From positions 21,074 to 85,073 of the forward strand of contig JAVCBU010000016.1 of assembly GCA_037917685.1 (NCBI GenBank): DNA of 64,000 nucleotides, in the 5' to 3' direction. Below the pieces are notes generated by a model. The model did not search any database, was not told the DNA's origin, and was given only the letters and a program-made list of their open reading frames with translations. Positions 27,693-37,446 of the stretch are shown piece by piece. The DNA is from Thermoproteota archaeon (GTDB lineage Archaea; Korarchaeota; Korarchaeia; Korarchaeales; JAOZGB01). The position numbers and the translations under genes are program-made. Positions within the stretch are counted from its first letter, which is position 1. Each line of letters opens with the position of its first letter.

Positions 27693-29645
27693 ATGGGCTG
27701 GCTCAGTAGGAGGATTCTATCTTTCATATCCACCGCTATACTTATCTACCTGTTAGATTTTATACTCCTTGCATATAAACCCGGCCTTCCATTTTTCCTC
27801 TCACAGTGGGAGCACAGAGGAGAGCAATTCTCAATCGCTCAGCAGTTTTTAATGTTTTTAAGGCTTACCCTCAACGGCTTCGGCTACAGCAGGGTTGGAG
27901 AGGACAAGGTTATTACCGCGGTACTTGAAAAGCTTCCATGGAGCCTCCTCCTTCTATCTTCAGGAATAATAGGCGGTGTATTGATGGGTGTAACCCTTGG
28001 GATAGTGGCCTCCAAGTACAAGGGTAAAAAGCTGGAGAAACTGCTAACAGTGATGGTAGTCGCAACCTATTCTATACCCCCCTTCATAACAGGTCTAATA
28101 CTTTGGAAAGGGCTTGCAGTAGGACCAGGGCTCTTCCCAATAGCCCATAAGAGAGGAGAGAAATACGCTTTCATGGATAAGCCACTGTTGAACGATCCAG
28201 TAGGATTTCTCATCGATGTAGCTTGGCATCTCTTCCTACCAGCCCTAACTGTTTCACTAAGTATAATGGGACTCATATATCTAATCGTCAGGTCTACAAT
28301 GGTCGACGTTCTCAAAGAAGACTACATATTGACAGCGAGAGCTAAAGGTGTCAAAGACTATAAAATACTGGTTAAACACGGGCTTAAAAATGCGATGTCA
28401 ACGGTAATAGCCTCTTTCCCCTATCTACCTGTCATGACGATAATACCTATGACGCTGGCAGAGGTAGTATTCTCCTACGGAGGCCTTGGAAACATGATCT
28501 ACAAGGCTCTCCTATACTATGACTATCCTGTTTTAGAGGCGTCGTTCCTCACCATAGGCATAACAGTTGCAGGGGCAACCCTAATAGTGGACATACTCCA
28601 CCGAACATTCTACCCTCACCTATATCCCCATTACACAGAGGCGATCAAACCCTCAATAATCATGGAAAGGCCTAGACTAAGGCTTCCAAGAATAAAACAG
28701 CTACTCTGGAAGGCAAAGCAGGGTGTAACAAAAGCCCTATCCTCCGGCAACTTTAAACTATCTCTAACCATAATACTGTTTTTCACCCTAATGGCGTCAG
28801 CCGCCCCATACCTGGGCGATCCGGAAAAAATTAGAGCAGGAGAATACGAGCTGCCTCCCTCCTCAAGCCATCCTCTTGGAACAGATGAATATGGAAGGGA
28901 TGTACTTTCAAGGCTGTGCTGGGCGTCAAGGTCAAGTGTTACCGAAGCCTTAGGATCGGTGGCGTTCGCACTAATCCTAGGTGGAGTAGTAGGCCTAGTA
29001 TCTGGCTATTGGAAGGACACCCCAATATCCTACCTTATCGACAGAATCGCAGACGTTTTCCTATCAATACCAATAATAATCTTTGTGGGAATATTTCCAG
29101 TATCCTTCGAACAGACAATAATGACAATGATGAGCGGGATACCGGGGATCTCCGGGGTATCAATATTGATGGTAAACCCAACACTTAGGTCAATAATAGT
29201 GGCGGCACTTTCAAGCTGGGCGGTAGTAGCCAAACTTGTGAGAAATAGGGTTATAGAGGAGAACTCCAGGCTATACGTAGAATCAGCGAGGGCTATAGGC
29301 GCTGGAAGCCTCCACATACTGAGGAGACACATATTACCAGCGGTAATGCCTATACTGGTTTCAAGCATAACCTATACAGCGGTGGTATCAACAACTCTTC
29401 AATCAACCCTTGACTTCCTAGGATACAGAAGACTTGTTGGAACAGCCGAGGAGACCAGGATATCGCCAGTCTTAACATGGGGAAGCATGATATCATACTC
29501 CACACTTTACTCCACGAAAGCATTCTCTAGGGGCTGGTGGATGCTACTACCCCCAGGCGTATGCCTAACCCTCATGACGCTAAGCCTTATACTCATAGGC
29601 CTTACAGTAGAAGATACACTGAAACCTAAACCACTAAGCCTTTGA
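27693..29645 (+). CDS. Peptide/nickel ABC transporter permease, DppB-DppC fusion
   Basis: Two EAA loops (EDYILTARAKG and YVESARAIGA), HLFLPAL and HPLGTDEYGRD in one 650-aa frame. Confidence 0.85.
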   Translation: MGWLSRRILSFISTAILIYLLDFILLAYKPGLPFFLSQWEHRGEQFSIAQQFLMFLRLTLNGFGYSRVGEDKVITAVLEKLPWSLLLLSSGIIGGVLMGVTLGIVASKYKGKKLEKLLTVMVVATYSIPPFITGLILWKGLAVGPGLFPIAHKRGEKYAFMDKPLLNDPVGFLIDVAWHLFLPALTVSLSIMGLIYLIVRSTMVDVLKEDYILTARAKGVKDYKILVKHGLKNAMSTVIASFPYLPVMTIIPMTLAEVVFSYGGLGNMIYKALLYYDYPVLEASFLTIGITVAGATLIVDILHRTFYPHLYPHYTEAIKPSIIMERPRLRLPRIKQLLWKAKQGVTKALSSGNFKLSLTIILFFTLMASAAPYLGDPEKIRAGEYELPPSSSHPLGTDEYGRDVLSRLCWASRSSVTEALGSVAFALILGGVVGLVSGYWKDTPISYLIDRIADVFLSIPIIIFVGIFPVSFEQTIMTMMSGIPGISGVSILMVNPTLRSIIVAALSSWAVVAKLVRNRVIEENSRLYVESARAIGAGSLHILRRHILPAVMPILVSSITYTAVVSTTLQSTLDFLGYRRLVGTAEETRISPVLTWGSMISYSTLYSTKAFSRGWWMLLPPGVCLTLMTLSLILIGLTVEDTLKPKPLSL

Positions 29646-29741
29646 TGCAAATAAACTAGCATCTGCTATGAATATCTTAACAGGATAAACATCGGGTGTA
29701 AAACTTATAAAGAAGTACGAGTCTAAAATCCCGATTCCCGT

Positions 29742-30662
29742 ATGAAAAAGTATGGGCTTATTATAGGACTGGTGCTACTAATATCTTCAATAGCTATACA
29801 TACCTTCATTGCTAGAAGCAATGGAACTGTAAATGTGCTTTTAGTAGTCGACGATGACGGTGCAAGACCAACAGAAACAGTGGAGAAGGAAAATGGAGAA
29901 ATCCTATCAGTCCCAGAAGAGATGACTGTAGATGTAACACCCTATCACGACGCCTTCTCACAGCCTGCAATGGCGGGATACAGCTTAACAGAATGGCATA
30001 CCCTTACAAGCGGGTCTCCCTCCCTTTCAGACCTACAGGGATACGACGTAGTGATATGGGTCACTGGCAACGAGGCTGTCGCCATAAACTCAGCGGAAGC
30101 ATCAACACTCGCAGACTACTACTACAATAATGGAGACCTAATACTAGAGGGCGGAGAAATATTCTGGGACCACCAATGCGATGCAGGTGACCCCCTAGCA
30201 TGCGCAGTAGGTGTATACGACTGGGATTATGATTCAACATCTTATAATAACCAGCTTTTAGCGTGGGATCCAGCACATCCGCTATTCAACACTCCAAACA
30301 CAATAAGCTTCCCAATAACGGGGACATGGAACGACCAGTACACCAAAGGTGATGGTTTTAACCTCGTCACAACAGATCCTAATGCTCACGGGATAGCATA
30401 TTGGGATGGCGGCAGCCCGACAAGCGACAAAGGGCCGGATCTGGCAATTTCAGTACACGAAAACCCCACATATGGAAATAGAGCCATATGTGTTGGAGCA
30501 GCGATAAGCGGAACATGGGATGACCCAGTTCCATTTATAATAAACATGCTCTACTGGGTTGAACCTGCACAGCCGCCAGGTCCAATTCCAGAGGTACCGA
30601 TCTCAGTGTCAGCCGCCGCACTTGGCGTAGCTATAATACTTGCCTCTGTAAAGAGGCGCTAA
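29742..30662 (+). CDS. Secreted protein with PEF-CTERM-like sorting tail
   Basis: Signal peptide; VLLVVDDD..YDVVIW.TG..LILEG GATase-like domain; ends PIPEV-TM-KRR. Confidence 0.75.
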   Translation: MKKYGLIIGLVLLISSIAIHTFIARSNGTVNVLLVVDDDGARPTETVEKENGEILSVPEEMTVDVTPYHDAFSQPAMAGYSLTEWHTLTSGSPSLSDLQGYDVVIWVTGNEAVAINSAEASTLADYYYNNGDLILEGGEIFWDHQCDAGDPLACAVGVYDWDYDSTSYNNQLLAWDPAHPLFNTPNTISFPITGTWNDQYTKGDGFNLVTTDPNAHGIAYWDGGSPTSDKGPDLAISVHENPTYGNRAICVGAAISGTWDDPVPFIINMLYWVEPAQPPGPIPEVPISVSAAALGVAIILASVKRR

Positions 30663-30674
30663 CCCCTATTTTTT
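30663..30674 (+). terminator. C-run plus oligo-T terminator
   Basis: ACCCCTATTTTT directly after the stop; the same style follows the other PEF-like genes. Confidence 0.5.
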
Positions 30675-30787
30675 ATAATGCTCTTTAAACCTCCACTTAA
30701 ACCCAGGCTGATACAGAGCCTCCAACTCTTCCTTCCCAGGAGAATTTCTACAAGCATTGTTTAAATACTCTAAACGCTATTACTTCA

Positions 30788-31573
30788 TTGTTGGAAAGGC
30801 TCAGTACCGGCGTCGATGGCATTGACAGCATGCTTCAAGGCGGCATCCCGAAAGGATTCCTTGTCTGCGTTGCAGGTGAGCCTGGAACCGGGAAGACTGT
30901 TTTCTGTCTTCACTATGTGAATAATGGCGTTGCAAACAGGGAGAAAGCGATCTACATTACAACCGAGGAGGACATAGACTCCATTCTAGAACAGGCTGAC
31001 CAGTTTAACATGAAGCTTAGAGATGCATATCTGAGAGGGAACCTTGTAATGATAGATTATCTAGGCAAAGGGGAATGGTCCCTCCCCTCGCTAAACATGG
31101 AGGATTTAATCTCAAAGGTCGTGGAGGCTAAGAAGAGGCTTGGCTACGGACATGTCAGATGTGTGATAGACTCGCTCTCAGCCTTTTGGCTAGACAAGCC
31201 TGCAATGGCAAGGCACTACAGCTATCAGCTGAAGAAAAGGTTAAAGCCATGGCACCTAACAGTTCTTGCGGTTACACAGTATGCTGTGACCACAAGTCAG
31301 GCCTTCGGATTCGGCTTGGAACACGTTGCAGACGGGATAATAAGGTTTATAAGATCGGTAAGGGCTGGGAGGCTTAACAGGTACGTCCTCGTGGAGAAGA
31401 TGAGAAACACCAACCACGACCTAAGACTCCACAAGGTAAACATAACAGACGGCGTAGGCATGTCCGTAAAACCACTTCCATTGACAGCTAGGAGAGAAGA
31501 CATAGCCCTCCCAAACCACGTATACAGGAAAATCCTAGAAGCCCACACCCAGAAAGAAGACATCATCCCATAA
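30788..31573 (+). CDS. Single-domain KaiC/RAD55-like RecA-superfamily ATPase
   Basis: STGVDGID, GEPGTGKT, ITTEE, VIDSLS, VEKMRNT. Confidence 0.9.
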   Translation: MLERLSTGVDGIDSMLQGGIPKGFLVCVAGEPGTGKTVFCLHYVNNGVANREKAIYITTEEDIDSILEQADQFNMKLRDAYLRGNLVMIDYLGKGEWSLPSLNMEDLISKVVEAKKRLGYGHVRCVIDSLSAFWLDKPAMARHYSYQLKKRLKPWHLTVLAVTQYAVTTSQAFGFGLEHVADGIIRFIRSVRAGRLNRYVLVEKMRNTNHDLRLHKVNITDGVGMSVKPLPLTARREDIALPNHVYRKILEAHTQKEDIIP

Positions 31574-31638
31574 CACAGGGGCGTTCCCTCCATGAATGTT
31601 TATAACTTACCAGAATCAAATACAATACGGGGACAAGA

Positions 31639-32538
31639 CTGCACATAGCCATAGTCGGAGTCGGAAGGGTTGGGAGCACTCTAGCACTGCTAATAGCCAG
31701 GGAGAAGATAGCGGACACAATCTCCCTCGTAGACATCTACCCAGGCCTAGCATGGGCCATAGCAAGAGACCTCGAGACAGCGGCCGCCTCCTTCACCTCA
31801 GACATAGAGGTGGAAGCCTACCAGGACGCATCAGCCGTCAAAGGTGCAGACATAGTCGTGGTAACAGCCGGCAAGCCCAGGAAGCCCGGTATGACAAGAA
31901 TGAACCTCCTAAACGCAAACAGTGAAATAATAAGGGATATAGCCCTAAAAATCTACCCAGCTAACAAGGACGCAGTATATCTTATCATAACCAACCCAGT
32001 CGATCACATGGCAACCCTATTCAAAAAGTATACAGGGGGAAACGTAATCGGGAGCGGATGCCACCTGGACACTCTCAGGTTCAAAGTAGTTCTAGCAAAG
32101 ATGCTAGGGGTAAAGCCGGCGAAAGTAGAGGCATACGTAGGTGGAGGACACGGGAGATACATAGTCCCGCTCTGGTCAACAGTAAAAATCCAGGGAAAAC
32201 CCCTCCATGAATGGCTAAAACAAGAGGAGAAAACAATAAACAAGGAAGAAGCCAGAAAAAAGACCATTCAGATGGCAGACCAGATAATACAGAAAGCAGG
32301 CGGCACGATGCTTGGCCCAGCAGCAGCCTTCACCGAAATAATAGAAACAATAGCAAAAGACCAGGGCAAAATACTAAGCATAGCAACACCCCATCAAATA
32401 GACGGAAAACTCATCTATTTAAGTAGGCCAGTCAAGGTCTCAAAGGAAAAAGTTGAACCAATAGAAACACTATCACAAAAAGAAGTAGAGGAAATAACAA
32501 GAACAGGGAAAAAACTCCTAGAAATACTAAATTCCTAA
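31639..32538 (+). CDS. mdh: Malate dehydrogenase (LDH-like), probable CTG start
   Basis: Frame extends upstream of 31810 as (L/M)HIAIVGVGRVG; TAGKPRKPGMTR (malate-specific Arg), ITNPVD, LDTLR, GGHG. Confidence 0.85.
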   Translation: MHIAIVGVGRVGSTLALLIAREKIADTISLVDIYPGLAWAIARDLETAAASFTSDIEVEAYQDASAVKGADIVVVTAGKPRKPGMTRMNLLNANSEIIRDIALKIYPANKDAVYLIITNPVDHMATLFKKYTGGNVIGSGCHLDTLRFKVVLAKMLGVKPAKVEAYVGGGHGRYIVPLWSTVKIQGKPLHEWLKQEEKTINKEEARKKTIQMADQIIQKAGGTMLGPAAAFTEIIETIAKDQGKILSIATPHQIDGKLIYLSRPVKVSKEKVEPIETLSQKEVEEITRTGKKLLEILNS

Positions 32539-32671
32539 AACAACCCTAAATCACAGAACATACCCAGCAATCCGATGAGGACACGTAAACCGGTAGAAGG
32601 CAGAGCTACTGTAAACCCCATAGACCCCGATCTTTCAACTCAAACCACGATCACTGAGAATATAAGGTTTC

Positions 32672-32841
32672 AAAGACCAGGGCAAAATACTAAGCATAGC
32701 AATAACCTACAAGGTAAACAACCGCTAATACGCCTAAGCAGCCGTTAAACTCCGCCGCAGAGAATAACACCTCTAGAAATCCCAGACCCCTCATGGCAAG
32801 AGGGGAAATAGAGGAGGCTAGGGATAAAACTCCTTGCAAAA
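32672..32841 (+). pseudogene. Degenerate duplicate of the mdh 3' end
   Basis: 31 bp identical to 32356-32386 (AAAGACCAGGGCAAAATACTAAGCATAGCAA), followed by frameshifted similarity to the mdh C-terminus. Confidence 0.7.
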
Positions 32842-32924
32842 CATGATCAACCAAACATCTAGAATATTTTACAACCTAATAGAAACTTTTATATAATATT
32901 AATTGTTAATAAGCCTGACCGAGA

Positions 32925-34811
32925 ATGAAAGAGAAGACGGTCCTAAGTCTAATAACACTCCTGCTACTCATACCCGCAGCCCAGGCAGCAGCCCAGCCCA
33001 AACAGCCTAAGCAGCCCCGCGGACCCTCAGACCCAATAGTTGACATAAAGGGCTATCCACCTGCCCCCCTCCAGGTTCCGGCCGCCGTTTTATGGACCTA
33101 CGACCTCTCCACCATACAAAAGTCTACATGGGACATGGCCTCAGGAGACCTCGACAATGACGGACTCATGGACGTCGCAATAATACCCTATGATGAGGTA
33201 CACGCAGTATTCGGTGACACAGGCACAGCAGCCTGGACACTAACCCCTGCGACAGGCAGAAATTCCGCTGTTGCCATGGGAGACCTTGACGGAGACGGAA
33301 TAGATGACGTAGTTGTAGCAAGCCACGACTATAATGTGTACGCGATTAACGGGGCCACGGGCCTGTCTATGTGGAACTACACATGCGAGGACTGGGTTAT
33401 GGACGTAGCCATCGGAGACATAATACCAACAGAGCCCGGGTTAGAGGTTGCGGTCGGCGTAGACTTTTATGCTTCTACAAAAGATCTGATAGTTCTTCGG
33501 GGATCGGATGGGGCAGAACTTAGAACATACTATACCTATGACGGAGACGGGTGTGAAACTGTTATCCTGGAAGACCTGAACGGCGATGGGGCGCTAGACG
33601 TCATAACCGCGACCTACTATATAGGAGACGTCTACGCATGGGATGCAAACAATAACGTACTACTCTGGCGGTCAACATCACCCTCATGGACCTTCCTGAC
33701 TGATTGTCTAGCGTCGGGAGACCTTAACGATGATGGCACACCCGACATTGTATACGCATGTTACGGTGACGACAGAGTTTGGGCACTTAACGGAGCTGAT
33801 GGGTCAGTGCTCTGGTCAGACACGCAGGATAACGGTTTAGTGAGCAGGGTTTGGGATGTTGACAATGACGGTGAGAACGAGGTGGTAGTGGGGTGGGATG
33901 GCCTCGTAACAGTATACAGCCGAACTGGAACCCTGGAGTCCCAGTTCACCACCGGGGATTGGAACATGGACTTGGATATAGGCGAATTTGACCCTAGTAA
34001 GCATCCGGGTCTTGAAATAGCAATTGCATCATACGACGGGAGGGTGTACATCAACAGTGCAGAAGACATCTCACAGTGCCTGTACATCCATGTGGCACCG
34101 CCAGGAGGTTGGTATGGAAGCCTTGAGATGGGGGATGTCGACGGAGACGGCTTAGACGAGGTTGTAGCAGCGGGATACCCAGACATGGTCTGCCTTGAGA
34201 ACTTTACAGCTGTGTGGCAGCGGGTTTTCCAGGACGATGTTGAGTCTGGGGCTGGGGCGTGGACTTCTTCGGGACTCTGGCACATAACTACGAGGAGAGC
34301 TTCAAGCCCAACCCACAGCTGGTGGTGCGGAGACGAGGGGACAGGCGAGTACACGAATAATTTGAACGATACTCTAACGAGACGTGTAAACCTTATCGGA
34401 TACACCTATGCCCTACTCAACTTCTCAACATGGTATGAGATAGAGTCGGGATATGACTTTGGATACGTAGAAGTTTCAACCGATGGAGGATACACGTGGA
34501 CAACCCTTGCTTCGTTTACCGGGACATCTAGGAGTGGCGGTAAGAAGCTCTCGAAAGGCGCTTGGACCCCATCTGAGAGACAGGTGTGGACAACGGCTTT
34601 CGTTGATCTTTCAGCTTACACGGGTAGGGTAATCCTTATAAGGTTCAGATTTGAATCAGACTACTCCGTAACCTATGAGGGCTGGTATGTAGACGATATC
34701 GGAGTATTCGCTGGGCCACCAAGGCCTATTCCCGAATACGATGGATACGGGCTTGCGCTGGCCTGCCTGCTAGCTTTCGGGGTTGCAGTAGCAGTTCTGA
34801 AAAGAAGATAA
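32925..34811 (+). CDS. Secreted FG-GAP/VCBS-repeat beta-propeller with jelly-roll domain and PEF-CTERM-like tail
   Basis: Many GDLDGDG-type Ca-binding repeats; ESGYDFGYVEVSTDGG and EGWYVDDI; ends PIPEY-TM-KRR. Confidence 0.85.
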   Translation: MKEKTVLSLITLLLLIPAAQAAAQPKQPKQPRGPSDPIVDIKGYPPAPLQVPAAVLWTYDLSTIQKSTWDMASGDLDNDGLMDVAIIPYDEVHAVFGDTGTAAWTLTPATGRNSAVAMGDLDGDGIDDVVVASHDYNVYAINGATGLSMWNYTCEDWVMDVAIGDIIPTEPGLEVAVGVDFYASTKDLIVLRGSDGAELRTYYTYDGDGCETVILEDLNGDGALDVITATYYIGDVYAWDANNNVLLWRSTSPSWTFLTDCLASGDLNDDGTPDIVYACYGDDRVWALNGADGSVLWSDTQDNGLVSRVWDVDNDGENEVVVGWDGLVTVYSRTGTLESQFTTGDWNMDLDIGEFDPSKHPGLEIAIASYDGRVYINSAEDISQCLYIHVAPPGGWYGSLEMGDVDGDGLDEVVAAGYPDMVCLENFTAVWQRVFQDDVESGAGAWTSSGLWHITTRRASSPTHSWWCGDEGTGEYTNNLNDTLTRRVNLIGYTYALLNFSTWYEIESGYDFGYVEVSTDGGYTWTTLASFTGTSRSGGKKLSKGAWTPSERQVWTTAFVDLSAYTGRVILIRFRFESDYSVTYEGWYVDDIGVFAGPPRPIPEYDGYGLALACLLAFGVAVAVLKRR

Positions 34812-34822
34812 CCCCCCTTTTT
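34812..34822 (+). terminator. C-run plus oligo-T terminator
   Basis: CCCCCTTTTTT directly after the stop. Confidence 0.55.
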
Positions 34823-34861
34823 TAGCATTTAAGCGTTCCCAGTCTTCCTTTGATTATGCGG

Positions 34862-35992
34862 CTATATGTCTATGGTTGGTAGGATCTCCGCTATCCTGTC
34901 AGCGTTCTTGGTCGGCTTTTCTATTTCAATGTTGGTTCCTGGTGTTTTCAGTTTAACTCCTGTTAGGACGACGAGTATCTTTACCTTACTTTCAAGGCTT
35001 CTGTGAATGTCCGCGCCCCATTTCAGGTTTGCTTCTCCAACCATTTTTGACGCTATTTGCATGGTTACATTTTTTATCTCGCTAAGGGTGAGGTCTGGCC
35101 CCCCTCTGACAACGATTAGTGCTCCGTTAGCCCCGGTAGGATCTACCTCTAATAGTGGATTTCTAAGGGCCATTCTCAGGGCTTCCATACACCTATTTTT
35201 GCCTTCAGCGTAGCCGATGCAGATCGCAGCCATTCCGCCCTTGCTCATCAAAGTCCTTAGGTCGGCGAGGTCTATGTTCATGAGGGCTGGCTTTGTTACA
35301 AGCTCTGTGACTCCCTTCACCATTAGCGCAAGGATTAGGGTTCCTACTTCTAATGCTTTTACTAGGGGTAGGTGGCCTGCTACCTGGTTTAGTCTTTCAT
35401 TAGAGATTGATGCAACGGTGTCTGCGTGTTTCCTAAGCTTTTCAAGGCCTTTCAATGCTACCTGCATCTTCCAGTTTCCTTCTCCCTCGAATGGGAGGGT
35501 TACGCAGCCGATTACCATCGCGCCCTTCTCCTTCGCGGCTTCAGCTATCACGGGGCCTGCCCCGGTCCCCGTTCCTCCGCCCAGCCCGTAAGCTATGAAT
35601 ACGAGCTCAGCGTCTCCTATGGCGTCTACTATCTTTCTTATGTCCTCCCTTACACATTTTTCTCCTAGCTCCGGGTCTCCACCGACGCCCCTCCCGCCTG
35701 TTATGTTGTAGCCTATTAGAATCTTCTTATCTGCGAGGGTTAAATCTAGATGCCTTGAGTCTGTATTTACAGCTATACATTCAGCGCCCTGGACTCCCAT
35801 CTTTTTGAGGAGTGTTACCATGTTGGAGCCGGCTCCCCCAACCCCGAAGACTTTAACAATATTTTTGCATTTCTCACTTACCCTGTCTTCCTCAAAGATT
35901 ACCTCATAATACTTTAGGATTGAGTATAAGTCTGACATGTCAGCATCATCCTGTTTTCTAATCCCCTGTTTGGGGTTTATCATCACTTTCAC
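34862..35992 (-). CDS. ftsZ: Cell division protein FtsZ
   Basis: GVGGAGSN, AVNTD, GGGTGTG signature, LPFEGEG, T7 loop NIDLAD; start uncertain. Confidence 0.92.
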   Translation of the reverse strand: MKVMINPKQGIRKQDDADMSDLYSILKYYEVIFEEDRVSEKCKNIVKVFGVGGAGSNMVTLLKKMGVQGAECIAVNTDSRHLDLTLADKKILIGYNITGGRGVGGDPELGEKCVREDIRKIVDAIGDAELVFIAYGLGGGTGTGAGPVIAEAAKEKGAMVIGCVTLPFEGEGNWKMQVALKGLEKLRKHADTVASISNERLNQVAGHLPLVKALEVGTLILALMVKGVTELVTKPALMNIDLADLRTLMSKGGMAAICIGYAEGKNRCMEALRMALRNPLLEVDPTGANGALIVVRGGPDLTLSEIKNVTMQIASKMVGEANLKWGADIHRSLESKVKILVVLTGVKLKTPGTNIEIEKPTKNADRIAEILPTIDI

Positions 35993-36297
35993 CTACTCCT
36001 GGTATGATGGTAGAGGTTAATGCTTGTTAAAAGCAAGAGAGCTGGAAATCTTTATATTGGTATCTTGCCAGGCTTACTATCAAATATTAATTCCGCATTT
36101 TCAGGCTTTCTATTCTCTCATTATAAATATTCACCTCTGTTTTCATCATGGTTTCACACGGTGTGCTTTCAGATATTAGATAGGCACCCTCTAAGGGTAT
36201 AATTCTCTTGTCGCTACGCTTTTTAGAAGAGTATTTCCACTCGAATTTTGACTTGGATGGCGTGGGGTTATAATTATAGTGTGTCTTATGGTTTCAT

Positions 36298-36996
36298 GTG
36301 GCCCTTGTAAGCGATGTTTTAAAATACGTGTTTGACGTCGCCAAGGATGAGAGGGTTAAGGGACTCTGCGTAGGGCTTAAGTATAGTTGCGTTCTGCTAG
36401 AGGACGGTAGGTGTGGTGTTGCGTTTCGGTTTAGGAATTGGATGTCTGCTGTGGAAGACTATAGAACGACGTCTGGCTTTGATGTTGCAAGGCTTTGCCT
36501 AGAATGGGATCTTAATGCTGCGTCGCTTGGGACTGCAGCCGTAAACTCGCTTTTACCTGATCCTGGGGGTGTAAAGGTTGATGGGTATGCGAGGGTTAAG
36601 GAGCTTTGTAGGGATGCAGGGCTTGTGGTTTTCATAGGTTATTTCAAGCCTTTTCTTAGTATTCCCAACCGTTATGTTGTGATTGAGAAGTCTTTTCATG
36701 ATGGCGTGCTTCCTGATGAGGCTTTTCAGGAGTATTTGCCTAAGGCTGATCTTGTAGTGATCTCCGGGTCTGCCTTTGTTAACAAGAGCCTTGAGAGGTT
36801 GCTGAGGATTTCAGGCGGCTACAATCTTATAGTAGGGCTTACTACTCCTCCGTGTAGTGTTCTCTTTGAGTACGGGGCTGATGAACTTCTGTACTCCAGG
36901 ATCGTTGACGGAGGGGAAGTATATCGGACGGTATGTCTCGGAGGAGGTAGTAGTCTCATTAAGAGGTATTCTGTTCAGCTTTCGGTTAGAAGGTAG
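36298..36996 (+). CDS. DUF4213/DUF364 Rossmann-like protein
   Basis: SLGTAAVN, IGYFKP, ISGSAFVN, GLTTP. Confidence 0.8.
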   Translation: MALVSDVLKYVFDVAKDERVKGLCVGLKYSCVLLEDGRCGVAFRFRNWMSAVEDYRTTSGFDVARLCLEWDLNAASLGTAAVNSLLPDPGGVKVDGYARVKELCRDAGLVVFIGYFKPFLSIPNRYVVIEKSFHDGVLPDEAFQEYLPKADLVVISGSAFVNKSLERLLRISGGYNLIVGLTTPPCSVLFEYGADELLYSRIVDGGEVYRTVCLGGGSSLIKRYSVQLSVRR

Positions 36997-37348
36997 GTGT
37001 CCCCACTTCAAAGCCCAACATTCTTACACTTTTCAGCGTAGCCTTCAAGATTGTGGAATAACTTTCCAACAGTTTTAAGCCTTCCCTGGTTAGGGTTGTC
37101 CTGCCCCCTCCTCCGTATCCTCCTCTGGCAGCTGCCACAATTTTCCTGCCATATGCTTTCTCTATCTCTCTTATTATTTTCAGAGCTTTCCCGTAGGATA
37201 TGCTAAGTTTTCTTGATGCTAGTGTCAGGCTTTCGGTTTCTGCGAGGGTTTTCAGAAGCTGGTATCCCCCATATCCTATTATTGTCTCTCCTCCAGGATT
37301 TTCAAACCAGACTTTCACCTTTACAACTATTTTCCCGGGTGATTCCAA
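36986..37348 (-). CDS. ModE-type winged-helix regulator
   Basis: KVWFE..IGYGGYQLL..SLTLASRKLSISY..RGG.GGG.T.LT. Confidence 0.8.
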   Translation of the reverse strand: MESPGKIVVKVKVWFENPGGETIIGYGGYQLLKTLAETESLTLASRKLSISYGKALKIIREIEKAYGRKIVAAARGGYGGGGRTTLTREGLKLLESYSTILKATLKSVRMLGFEVGTPTF

Positions 37349-37446
37349 GACTTACACCGCTGTTTAAGCTGTGTTTCATACCCCTGTTGTCTATTTAATG
37401 TTCAGCCTAGTCTTGTGTCGTCGGACATTAAGGCATAATTTTTTAT

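Noticed and set aside
30788-31573. Circadian clock KaiC
   Set aside because: Single ATPase domain with no kaiA or kaiB; a common archaeal KaiC-like family
31596-31925. 109-aa ORF suggesting a frameshifted mdh
   Set aside because: The MDH N-terminus is in the same frame as 31810, so no frameshift is needed; this ORF is a shadow frame
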